A model generated the notes under the pieces. It searched no databases. It saw only the letters and a program-made list of their open reading frames with translations, and was not told the origin of the DNA. The position numbers and the translations under genes were made by a program. A DNA stretch of 64,000 bases from Candidatus Woesearchaeota archaeon (lineage in GTDB: Archaea; Nanobdellota; Nanobdellia; CAZCWL01; CAZQAZ01). The first letter of the stretch is position 1. The number at the start of each line of letters is the position of its first letter. The stretch spans positions 36,851 through 100,850 of the forward strand of contig CAZQAZ010000002.1 in assembly GCA_964591855.1 (NCBI GenBank), written 5' to 3'. Of the stretch, positions 55,923 through 64,000 are shown one piece after another.

Positions 55923-57947
55923 TTAGATTGTTTTCAAATCAAAGAACTTCCTGTTGAAATACTCTTCTCTCCTTCCAGGGTTCCACCTATTGATTGGTCT
56001 TATGTAGCCTGAGATCTTGGAATAAACTTCAACTTCCCCTTCGCACTTTGGACACCTTTCAACATAGCCTTTAAAATAACCGTCTTTTCTGCAAATACTG
56101 AATGTTGGGCTTGTTGTCATGTAAGGAATCTTGTAATCTTTCAAGATCTTTCTAGTAGCGTCTCTTATCATGTTTACATCAGGTTTTTCTTTTAGATACA
56201 AGTCAAACATGTTTCCTCCAGTGTATAACTTTTGTATTTCACTCTGAATTGTAAGCTCTTCTTTTAGATTGTGTGTGAAATAAACAGGAAGGTTGGCAGC
56301 TGTTGTGTAATAAGGTTCTTTCTTTCCGGACGTTATTATGTCAGGATATTTCTCTTTATCAAGGAGTGCAAGTCTATAGCTTGCACTTTCAGCAGGTGTT
56401 GCTTCTAGTAAAAATCTATGTCCACTCTCCTCTTCGAACTCTTTTAGTCTTCTTGCTATGAACTCCATAACTTTCTTGGCAAACTTTAGGCCTTCTTTTG
56501 TGTTAAGCCCTTCTCCCAAGAAGTTAAGTAGGCTTTCGTGCATACCAACAAATCCTACTGTAGAGAAATGATTGTCCCAATACCTTTCTTTCTTTCCCCT
56601 TAAACCCCTAAGGTAGAATCTCGAGTATGGATAAAGTCCTTGCTTTGTGAAATTCTCCATCACTTTCCTTTTAATATCCAAAGCTTCTTTTGCCAACTCA
56701 AGCATTTTATCAAGCTTGTTGAAGAAAGTACTTTCATCTTTTGAAACGTAACCTATTCTCGGAAGGTTTATCGTAACAGCCCCCACAGATCCAGAGTTTG
56801 GACGTGACCAATGTACGCCCATGACTCTTTCTTCACACCCTTCTTTAATAGGTATTGTGAAGTTAGCGAAGTGGGGGTTTCCATACTTTGACACCACTTC
56901 CCAAAGTTCTTCGTTGTCCCAGTTGAAGTCTTTGTTCACTTTTATTGTAGGTATTGGGAATGTAAAAGCTCTTCCTTTGCTGTCACCTTCTTTAAGGACT
57001 TCCATCAATGCTTTGTTAAGCATGTCAACTTCTTTCTGGAAATCTTCGTACTTTTTATCTTCTTCTATACCACCAATGATAACATTCTTATCTTTTAGCT
57101 CATTCGGAACTCTAACATCCAAGGAAATATTTGTGAATGGTGTTTGGAACCCAACTCTTGTTGGAACATTCATATTGAACATGAACTCCTGCATGGCCTG
57201 TTTAACTTCTTTGTAACTTAGGTCATCATGTCTTATGAAGGGTGCTAGAAGTGTGTCGAAGTTAGAGAAAGCTTGGGCTCCAGCAGCTTCTCCTTGTAGT
57301 GTATAGAAGAAGTTAACCACTTGTCCAAGGGCTGTTCTGAAGTGTTTTGCAGGTCTGGATTGCACTTTTCCTCTCACACCTGTGAAACCATGCTTTAACA
57401 AGTCCATTAGATTCCATCCAACTCTATATGCTCCAAAGACAGATAGAGAATGAATATGTAAGTCCCCCAGAGTGTGAGCAGCTCCAACTTCATTTGGGTA
57501 TATCTTATCTCTCCAGTATCTTGATACAAGTTTTGAAGATAGGTAAAAATTTAGCCCTTGAAGAGAGAATGTTAGGTTGGAGTTCTCTCTTAACATCCAG
57601 TCAGCCCTTTGTAGATAAGCATCAACTATGTCAATGTAATCAAACATGTATTTTAAGTTCCTTATGTCACTACGTTGTTTTCTGTATAGGATGTAAGCTT
57701 TTGCGACTTTGGATAAACCTTCTTCTATCAACACCTTCTCGACAAGGTTCTGTATATCTTCAACTCCAGGAATTCTATCCTTAAACTTCTCCTTAGCCAG
57801 ATCGACAACTTTATCTGCTAGCTTGTCAGCCAGCTCTTCGTTTCCCTCCCCTACAGCTCTAAGTGCTTTCCATATTGCATTAGAAATCTTCTCCTTTTGA
57901 AAATCTACAACTCTTCCATCCCTCTTTCTTATTTTGTCTAGAACCAT
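55923..57947 (-). CDS. nrdD: Anaerobic ribonucleoside-triphosphate reductase NrdD (class III)
   Basis: N-terminal ATP-cone, a C-terminal Cys cluster (CPKCEG) and the glycyl radical motif KISGYIRP. Confidence 0.85.
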   Translation of the reverse strand: MVLDKIRKRDGRVVDFQKEKISNAIWKALRAVGEGNEELADKLADKVVDLAKEKFKDRIPGVEDIQNLVEKVLIEEGLSKVAKAYILYRKQRSDIRNLKYMFDYIDIVDAYLQRADWMLRENSNLTFSLQGLNFYLSSKLVSRYWRDKIYPNEVGAAHTLGDLHIHSLSVFGAYRVGWNLMDLLKHGFTGVRGKVQSRPAKHFRTALGQVVNFFYTLQGEAAGAQAFSNFDTLLAPFIRHDDLSYKEVKQAMQEFMFNMNVPTRVGFQTPFTNISLDVRVPNELKDKNVIIGGIEEDKKYEDFQKEVDMLNKALMEVLKEGDSKGRAFTFPIPTIKVNKDFNWDNEELWEVVSKYGNPHFANFTIPIKEGCEERVMGVHWSRPNSGSVGAVTINLPRIGYVSKDESTFFNKLDKMLELAKEALDIKRKVMENFTKQGLYPYSRFYLRGLRGKKERYWDNHFSTVGFVGMHESLLNFLGEGLNTKEGLKFAKKVMEFIARRLKEFEEESGHRFLLEATPAESASYRLALLDKEKYPDIITSGKKEPYYTTAANLPVYFTHNLKEELTIQSEIQKLYTGGNMFDLYLKEKPDVNMIRDATRKILKDYKIPYMTTSPTFSICRKDGYFKGYVERCPKCEGEVEVYSKISGYIRPINRWNPGRREEYFNRKFFDLKTI

Positions 57948-58066
57948 ATATCCTAACTTGTAAAGCGCTTTATATTGTTTTGTGTCTCAGAAAGCATAGA
58001 AAGCTTTTTAAATAGAAATTTTTATGAAACAGCAGGGATTAGCAAGCTTCGGCGTGCTAATGCTCG

Positions 58067-58525
58067 GTGATGAACTTGGCAAGGAATAGAAGTGGAAAGA
58101 GTGGATCTAAAAAACCAATAAGAAAGACTCCTCCAGTTTGGGTTAAGTTTAAGCCTGAGGAAGTTGAAAAGATAGTTGTTAAGCTAGCAAAGGAAGGTTT
58201 AACCACTTCTAAGATAGGTATTGTTTTAAGGGATTCTTATGGTGTACCTGATGTAAAGCAGCTTACAGGCAAGAGTATATTAAAGATTCTTGAGGAGAAT
58301 AACCTAGCTCCTGAAATACCTGAAGATCTTTATGCACTATTAAGGAAGGCAGTTATAATCAGAAATCACCTAAGCAAAAACAAGAAAGACAATGTCTCTA
58401 AAAGGGGACTTATATTCACTGAATCGAAAATAAGAAAGCTTGCAAGATACTATGTAAGGAAAGGTAAACTTCCAGAGGGTTGGAAGTACGATCCAGAAAA
58501 GGCTAAATTAATAGTTAACTTGTAG
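58067..58525 (+). CDS. rps15: 30S ribosomal protein S15 (uS15/S13e)
   Basis: S13e N-terminal domain plus S15 C-terminal motifs ([23 protein letters not shown]). GTG start in the track; the ATG is 3 nt later. Confidence 0.85.
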   Translation: MMNLARNRSGKSGSKKPIRKTPPVWVKFKPEEVEKIVVKLAKEGLTTSKIGIVLRDSYGVPDVKQLTGKSILKILEENNLAPEIPEDLYALLRKAVIIRNHLSKNKKDNVSKRGLIFTESKIRKLARYYVRKGKLPEGWKYDPEKAKLIVNL

Positions 58526-58534
58526 GGTGTTTAG

Positions 58535-59149
58535 ATGGCAAAGAAAAGGAGAGCAATTAAGAAAGTGAAATCAAAGACATGGTACGAAGTACATGCCCCA
58601 GAGATATTTAACAAGGAAAATGTAGTTGGGCATACTTTAAGTTCCGACCCTGAGAAGTTGTTGGGGAGAACACTTGAAATTAAGTTATCGCAGCTAGTTG
58701 GAGATAGAGGTAAGTCCAACCAAAAGTTAAAGCTTAAGATTATTGAGGTGAAAGGAGCAGATGCGTACACAGAGATAGTAAAGTATGATCTTTCAAGAAT
58801 ATACTTAGCAAGATTGATTAGGAGGAGAACTTCTAAGGTAGAAGTTATAACAGACCTTAAGACAAAGGATGGTAAGATGGCTAGGATTAAAGCTTTGGCC
58901 ATAACAAGAGGGAGAGCTGCTGAGAGTCAGAGAAAGTTGATAAGAAAGAAACTTACAGAATATTTAGAGAACTTCGTTAAAGAGAACACCTTTGACTCTT
59001 TGATACTTGCAACCATATCAAATAAGATCCAGAAAGAAGTGTACAAGATACTTAAGAAGATATTCCCAATAAATGTTGTTGAGATAAGAACCATAGAACT
59101 AAAGAAAGAAAAGAAGACAACGGGTACGGCAAAAGGAATAGAAGAGTAA
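58535..59149 (+). CDS. rps3ae: 30S ribosomal protein S3Ae (eS1)
   Basis: MAKKRRAIKKVKSKTWYEVHAPEIF S3Ae signature. Confidence 0.85.
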   Translation: MAKKRRAIKKVKSKTWYEVHAPEIFNKENVVGHTLSSDPEKLLGRTLEIKLSQLVGDRGKSNQKLKLKIIEVKGADAYTEIVKYDLSRIYLARLIRRRTSKVEVITDLKTKDGKMARIKALAITRGRAAESQRKLIRKKLTEYLENFVKENTFDSLILATISNKIQKEVYKILKKIFPINVVEIRTIELKKEKKTTGTAKGIEE

Positions 59150-59150
59150 G

Positions 59151-60083
59151 TCACTTAACTTTTAGTATTCTCCAAGGATAATCTTCCTTTGCTACGAGTG
59201 CAACTCTCGATTCTTCTTTCTCATCTATTACTTTCCATCCTAGTAAGCTTGCTAGTTTATCAGCCATCTCCATAATCTCTGTGTGCTCCATCTGGTTCTT
59301 TGGGGATAGTCTATACTTAGCATTACCAACACTAACGAATGATTTTACCTCAACAAAGTGAGGGTTAGCCTTTGATATGAGTTTAGCATAGCCTTCAAGG
59401 TCTGTATCATTGTATCCTTTAACAACTGTTATTCTTATGACTTTTCTTGTATCCAGACTTGGTAGAAGTTCAAGTGTCTTGTTTAGGTTCTCCCAGTTTT
59501 GTTTTATTATTGGTTGGCATAGCGAGTTGTAGATTTTTTCATTTGGTGCTGATAGAGATATGTAAAGTTGTGTTGGCATGACTTTTAAGTTCTTGAGAGC
59601 ATTTGGTAAAGTACCATTTGTTACAAGGAAAGAAGTCATATCTCTCTTGTGTATTTCTTCTAGGAATTCGCTCATGTAAGGGTAAAGCATAGGCTCCCCA
59701 GCAAGAGATATGGCAAAATGTTTTGGATTCCATGCTTCTTCGAACACTTCCTTTTTGACTTTCGGGTTGCCCTTGAAACCAACAATTAATTTCCTTTGAG
59801 CTTCGATACATTTGTCTACGATGTCTTCTGGTTTGTCGACTATTTTTTCCTTAGACATGTACTCAGCAGGTCTCCAGCAGTATAAGCAGTTTTGAGTACA
59901 TGCAGATACTATTGGAGTCATCTGTACACATCTATGGGATTGGATACCATAGAATTTTTGTTTGTAGCAGAAACCTTCTCCTACCATGGCTTTCTTAAGC
60001 CATAGACATGTCTTTACACAAGAGTGCTCTCCACAGAAGGCATAGCCCTGCTTCTTTAAAAGATTTCTGAAGGTCTCATCCAT
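59151..60083 (-). CDS. taw1: Radical SAM tRNA 4-demethylwyosine synthase Taw1 (TYW1)
   Basis: YKQKFYGIQSHRCVQMTP and CTQNCLYC (CX3CX2C) motifs typical of TYW1. Confidence 0.8.
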   Translation of the reverse strand: MDETFRNLLKKQGYAFCGEHSCVKTCLWLKKAMVGEGFCYKQKFYGIQSHRCVQMTPIVSACTQNCLYCWRPAEYMSKEKIVDKPEDIVDKCIEAQRKLIVGFKGNPKVKKEVFEEAWNPKHFAISLAGEPMLYPYMSEFLEEIHKRDMTSFLVTNGTLPNALKNLKVMPTQLYISLSAPNEKIYNSLCQPIIKQNWENLNKTLELLPSLDTRKVIRITVVKGYNDTDLEGYAKLISKANPHFVEVKSFVSVGNAKYRLSPKNQMEHTEIMEMADKLASLLGWKVIDEKEESRVALVAKEDYPWRILKVK

Positions 60084-60119
60084 ACAAAGCTTTAAATTCT
60101 AATGAATATTTAAATATTT

Positions 60120-61127
60120 ATGGATTTGAAGGCGAAGAAGTACGAGGTCTCATTTAAATCTTTACTTGGATTAATTCCAAAGCCAAGTAGAAGCTTTGAG
60201 CCAACTAAGTTAAGTAAGCCAAAGGCAGTGAAGTTTTTGGCTTTGTTCACAATCCTATTCGCCGTTGCTTTTGGATTTAATCTTTTTGTGTACAAGAGTG
60301 TATTCTCTTATACTTATGAGGGAATACTTTATTCCCTTTTCCAATTTAAGACAGAGTTTTTTAATTTGTTCCTAATCTTGCCTTTCTCCTTACTTTTCCT
60401 ACTGGTTTTTGTACTCGTGGTATCATTTTCAGGTGTGTTTGAGAAGTCTGATGGAATATATGCATCTATAATTGTTTTTATCATAATTATGGTTGAGTCA
60501 ATTTTAATTCTCGGCCACTCTCCCGTCACAATAATATCCTCGTTATTTATAGCTATATCCATACCATATGCAATGAATTACATAAGGAAAAGATTAGGAT
60601 TGTTTAAAGTTAGACAATTATTTTGGAAGGGAACATATATCCTCTTTATAGCAGTGTCTCTTTCCTTAGCCTTAGCGTTTTTCACATCGTTCTTAGTAGA
60701 CCTTGATTACAACATCCTAGCAACAAAACAAGCATTCATCAATGCACCTTCCATAGGTTCAACTTCAGGTCTAGATGCTCTTAAGAATCAAATAAGGCAA
60801 GCTTACATAATAGGCTTCATGGAAGGTGTAGATTACCAAGCAGGATCTAATTTAACAGACTTTGAAAGACAACTTGCTAAGGAGGAGGCAAAATCTAGAG
60901 CTTCTGAGATACTTGAATCAGCTAGAGGTTTACAGATTCTTAGCCAGTACGCGGAGGAATTCCCTTACTTTAACATTCTAATCATACTCATACCAATCTT
61001 AATCTCAGCAGCCATATTCTCCTTATCATTCTTATTCTTCACATTCGTGTTAAGGCCAATATGTGTCGTCCTTTCCTTATTGCTTTACGAGAAATTGATG
61101 AGGTTGTACATAAGATTGAATTATTAG
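60120..61127 (+). CDS. Polytopic membrane protein of unknown function
   Basis: 335 aa with several predicted TM helices. No recognisable family. Confidence 0.4.
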   Translation: MDLKAKKYEVSFKSLLGLIPKPSRSFEPTKLSKPKAVKFLALFTILFAVAFGFNLFVYKSVFSYTYEGILYSLFQFKTEFFNLFLILPFSLLFLLVFVLVVSFSGVFEKSDGIYASIIVFIIIMVESILILGHSPVTIISSLFIAISIPYAMNYIRKRLGLFKVRQLFWKGTYILFIAVSLSLALAFFTSFLVDLDYNILATKQAFINAPSIGSTSGLDALKNQIRQAYIIGFMEGVDYQAGSNLTDFERQLAKEEAKSRASEILESARGLQILSQYAEEFPYFNILIILIPILISAAIFSLSFLFFTFVLRPICVVLSLLLYEKLMRLYIRLNY

Positions 61128-61165
61128 TTAAATTAATAAATCAGAAGTTAAACTTTTATAATGAT

Positions 61166-61237
61166 GCGCCAATAGTCTAGTGGTTAGGATGCGGGCTTGC
61201 CAAGCCTGTGACCCGGGTTCGAATCCCGGTTGGCGCA
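61166..61237 (+). tRNA. tRNA-Gly (anticodon GCC)
   Basis: Acceptor GCGCCAA/TTGGCGC. Anticodon stem CGGGC/GCCTG with loop TTGCCAA. T-arm CCCGG-GTTCGAATC-CCGG. TATA-like TTTTATAAT/TAATAAAT upstream. Confidence 0.85.
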
Positions 61238-61288
61238 CTTCTCGTTACATTTATAAACTCTTCTTACTTCTTTTTCTATTGTGAGAGC

Positions 61289-62488
61289 ATGAAAGTGGCG
61301 ATCTTCACGGAGACTTTCCTTCCAAACAAAGATGGTGTTGTTACATCTATTCTAAGTACAATTAAAGCATTAAGAGAAAGAGGAATAGAGGTGGTGGTCT
61401 TCACCCCTGGTGACGAAACAAAGTTAGAAGTTATAGACGGTGCCAGAGTGTATTATATCAAGGGAAGGCCATTTAGGCCGTATCCAGACTACAAAGTGGT
61501 CAACCCCACTAAACTTGCCATAAGACTTCTCACCTTGCTTGAGATAGAGAGACCTGATGTTTATCACATCATGTCACCATTTTCATTTGGTGTCCTTGGT
61601 TTAGTCTTTGCTAGGAAGTTTAGAAAGCCAACTGTTGGAACATTCCACACTTACCTTGAGGAGTATACAGGGTACCTTTTTAACGGAAGGTTTAGAGAAG
61701 GTTCAAAGAAGATACTTGGTACACCTAGTTGGGTTTACTTCAGAACTGTGTTTAACAGGTGTAATTTAACCATAGCTCCAACTAAGGAGCTTGCAAGTAT
61801 TCTTAAGAGAAAAGGATTCAAGAGAGTAAAAGCATTATCTAATCCTGTGGATTTTGACAAGTTTAAGGGGGTAAAGCTAAAGGACGTAAGGAAGAAACAT
61901 AAGATACCTAAAGATGCTATACTCTTACTTTATGTTGGTAGGGTAACCTTTGAGAAGAAACTTGATGTACTTTTCGACGCTCTTAAGGAGATTAACAGGA
62001 AGGATGTTTATCTTCTTGTAGTGGGAAAAGGACCTTTCTTAAAGCAGTATAAGAAATATGTGAGAGAAAACAAAGTAAAAAATGTTAAGTTCGTTGGCTA
62101 TGTTAAAGACGAAGATCTTGGGAGTTATTACAATTCATGTGATATATTCGTTAGCCCTTCTGATACAGAAACACAAGGGCTAACTTTTGTTGAGGCTATG
62201 TACTTCGGTAAGCCGGTAGTTGGTGCTAATAAGCTTGGTGTTAAAGACTTAATAAGGGACGGTAAGAATGGTTTTAAATTTAGACCAGGCGATCCACACG
62301 ATCTTAAGTTAAAGTTAGAGAAGTTAATCTCAAGTAAAAGTTTAAGGGCAAAGATGGGGAAGAAGTCAAAGCAGTATTCAAAGATGTATTCTAAGGAAAA
62401 AATAGTGGGTTCTTTATTGAGGATATACAAAACAATAAAGTACAAGGATTGGAAGGATAATAAGGCTTGGAAGATTAAAGTAGAATAG
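61289..62488 (+). CDS. GT4-family glycosyltransferase (glycosyl transferase group 1)
   Basis: MKVAIFTETFLPNKDGV N-terminal fold motif. C-terminal EX7E-like signature (ETQGLTFVEAMYFGKPVV). Start at the ATG after the tRNA. Confidence 0.8.
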   Translation: MKVAIFTETFLPNKDGVVTSILSTIKALRERGIEVVVFTPGDETKLEVIDGARVYYIKGRPFRPYPDYKVVNPTKLAIRLLTLLEIERPDVYHIMSPFSFGVLGLVFARKFRKPTVGTFHTYLEEYTGYLFNGRFREGSKKILGTPSWVYFRTVFNRCNLTIAPTKELASILKRKGFKRVKALSNPVDFDKFKGVKLKDVRKKHKIPKDAILLLYVGRVTFEKKLDVLFDALKEINRKDVYLLVVGKGPFLKQYKKYVRENKVKNVKFVGYVKDEDLGSYYNSCDIFVSPSDTETQGLTFVEAMYFGKPVVGANKLGVKDLIRDGKNGFKFRPGDPHDLKLKLEKLISSKSLRAKMGKKSKQYSKMYSKEKIVGSLLRIYKTIKYKDWKDNKAWKIKVE

Positions 62489-62489
62489 A

Positions 62490-62759
62490 TCACTTAGACT
62501 TCCTTAACTTATCTACTCTTATTTTCTTTCCACATTTCTCACACTCGAACTTGAAAGGGACTTTGAACTCTCCCCTTACTTCTCCCTTGTGTCCACAGTA
62601 TGGGCAAGTGTACTTGCCCTGCATTTCATTGCTATTCTTGTAGCACCACAGGAATACAGAACCGGTTGGCTCTTTAGAACCTCTTTTAGTTAGAACTTGC
62701 CTTGTAAAGAACTTAACTTCTGATATGTCCTCCGGTTCTCTTAGTGCCATACTTGCCAT
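62490..62759 (-). CDS. Small zinc-ribbon protein (C4), unknown function
   Basis: CPYCGHKGEV...CEKCGKK zinc ribbon. Start placed at MASMALREPEDI, about 20 nt downstream of a TATA box; the track ORF extends to 62810. Confidence 0.4.
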   Translation of the reverse strand: MASMALREPEDISEVKFFTRQVLTKRGSKEPTGSVFLWCYKNSNEMQGKYTCPYCGHKGEVRGEFKVPFKFECEKCGKKIRVDKLRKSK

Positions 62760-62770
62760 AAAATAAAAAC

Positions 62771-62780
62771 AAATATAAAT
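62771..62780. promoter_or_regulatory. TATA box (AAATATAAAT) in the divergent promoter region between the zinc-ribbon gene and the deoxyhypusine synthase gene
   Basis: Lies 16-25 nt from the divergent start codons at 62759 and 62801. Confidence 0.45.
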
Positions 62781-62800
62781 ACTTATCTGAACTAAGAAGT

Positions 62801-63718
62801 ATGGAACCAATATTCGATGTTAAAAAAACAGATTCGATTAAAGATCTGGTTGATCAGTTTAAAGACGTGGGTGGTTTTACCGCGGCCAAGGTTTACACAG
62901 CTAGGAGGATCTGGAATGATATGCAGAAAGAGGATTGCTTTAAGTTCTTATCATTCCCATCGTGTCTTATAGCTACGGGAATAAGGGGAGTAATAAAGGA
63001 CCTTGTCAAAGATAAAAAAGTAGATTTGATAATCACGACAGCAGGAACTGTTGCATTGGATTTCATACGTTGCTATAGAGACTTCTACAAGGGATCTTTT
63101 ATGTTAGATGATAAGGAGTTACGCAAGAAGCATCTCTTTAGGCTTGGAAGTGTGATAATAAAGGAAGAAGACTATGGGGCTTTCTTGGAGGACAAGCTCC
63201 AGCCCTACTTTGAGAAGCTTTACTCTATAAAGAAGTCGTGGCCAACCTACGAGTTGATTTGGAAGATAGGAGAATTCCTAGAGAAAGACTCCAGTAAGAA
63301 GGAAGAGTCAATTCTATATTGGGCATATAAAAACAAGATTCCAATCATAGTTCCTGGTATTACAGATGGAGCTTTTGGATCACAGCTTTGGCAGTTCTGG
63401 CAGGACCACAAAGATTTTAACATAGATCTCTTCTCAGATGAGCAGTTACTTGCGGACATAGTATTCAAGCACAAGAAGACTGGAGCTTTGATATTGGGTG
63501 GAGGAATATCAAAGCATCATACAATCTGGTGGAATCAGTTTAAAGATGGTTTGGATTACGCAGTTTACATAACCACAGCGCCGGAGTACGATGGTTCTCT
63601 CTCAGGAGCAAGAATGAGAGAAGCAATCTCTTGGGGAAAATTAAGCGAGAACGCAAAGTACGTCACAGTAGAAGGGGATGCAACTCTTATTCTTCCTTTG
63701 ATCGTTTATGGCAATTGA
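62801..63718 (+). CDS. dys: Deoxyhypusine synthase
   Basis: GGGISKHH motif and ITTAGTVALDF. About 305 aa, typical of archaeal DHS. Confidence 0.8.
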   Translation: MEPIFDVKKTDSIKDLVDQFKDVGGFTAAKVYTARRIWNDMQKEDCFKFLSFPSCLIATGIRGVIKDLVKDKKVDLIITTAGTVALDFIRCYRDFYKGSFMLDDKELRKKHLFRLGSVIIKEEDYGAFLEDKLQPYFEKLYSIKKSWPTYELIWKIGEFLEKDSSKKEESILYWAYKNKIPIIVPGITDGAFGSQLWQFWQDHKDFNIDLFSDEQLLADIVFKHKKTGALILGGGISKHHTIWWNQFKDGLDYAVYITTAPEYDGSLSGARMREAISWGKLSENAKYVTVEGDATLILPLIVYGN

Positions 63719-63755
63719 AATTGATAATTTGAACGAGCGTTAGAATAAGTCCAAG

Positions 63756-64000
63756 CTATCTAAACCCAATAATCTGGAATCCATATCTTTTTATGTCTTC
63801 ATCCGACCAAAATTTTATGTTTTTAGTTTTAATTACATAAGTGACCTTCTTTTCGATAATCCTGCCTGTATACTTTTTTGTTTTTGGGTCCCATTCTCTT
63901 AAGATTAATATATCGCCGGGACTACATTTAAAGTCTGCTAGTCTTAGTTCGAAAGTCTTGTCCCCGTCGATTATCTTTTGAAAATACTCTGGCCAAACTT
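63756..64000 (-). CDS. ASCH/DUF3850-like domain protein, N-terminus beyond the window edge
   Basis: Hand translation of the minus strand gives ...DKTFELRLADFKCSPGDILILREWDPKTKKYTGRIIEKKVTYVIK..., matching the ASCH/DUF3850 pattern. Stop at 63756-63758. Confidence 0.5.
   Translation of the reverse strand, partial: VWPEYFQKIIDGDKTFELRLADFKCSPGDILILREWDPKTKKYTGRIIEKKVTYVIKTKNIKFWSDEDIKRYGFQIIGFR

Noticed and set aside
1-64000. CRISPR arrays, IS elements/transposases, integrases, rRNA genes
   Set aside because: No direct-repeat/spacer periodicity, no inverted terminal repeats flanking a transposase-like ORF, no integrase-like proteins and no rRNA-like conserved stretches were seen. The absence is stated from visual scanning only.

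Overview
Low-GC archaeal chromosome segment, dense with conserved information-processing genes on both strands. These include the secE-nusG-L11 / L1-L10-L12 cluster, the RNase P/proteasome/SBDS/exosome superoperon fused directly to rpoK-eno-rps2, L7Ae-S28e-L24e / aIF5B-S6e-aIF2gamma, rpoE-spt4-S24e-S27ae, and KEOPS kae1/bud32. tRNA-modification enzymes are Elp3, ArcTGT and Taw1. Three tRNA genes are present: Val-TAC, Gln-TTG and Gly-GCC. Several housekeeping proteins are unusually short (Rpp30 170 aa, enolase 357 aa, DRG-like 273 aa, Ogt 99 aa), which suggests a reduced-genome, possibly DPANN-type, archaeon; this is inference only. Promoters follow a recurrent BRE/TATA consensus (AAAAACC-TTTATAAAT). 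Many genes look leaderless, while ribosomal-protein genes carry GGAGG/GGTGA Shine-Dalgarno sites. The track uses TTG/GTG as M, so some starts were moved to an internal ATG. Three small conserved genes under the 60-aa ORF cutoff were found by eye: L40e, RpoK and L24e. The most unusual content is a two-part surface-protein locus. One part is a 5' operon of three large, acidic, cysteine-rich secreted proteins. The other is a minus-strand array of seven paralogous proteins with archaeal class III (type IV pilin-like) signal peptides and conserved Cys-rich modules, one of them a 1337-aa beta-helix-like, sequon-rich giant. This array is split by a divergent ArcTGT / Elp3-like radical-SAM pair that shares a palindromic TATA box. 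Other oddities are a CBS-domain protein with a C-terminal HPF/YfiA-like ribosome-hibernation domain, a DRG homolog with degenerate GTPase motifs inserted between kae1 and bud32, and a TFE with a lysine-rich N-terminal tail. No CRISPR arrays, IS elements or rRNA genes were seen.
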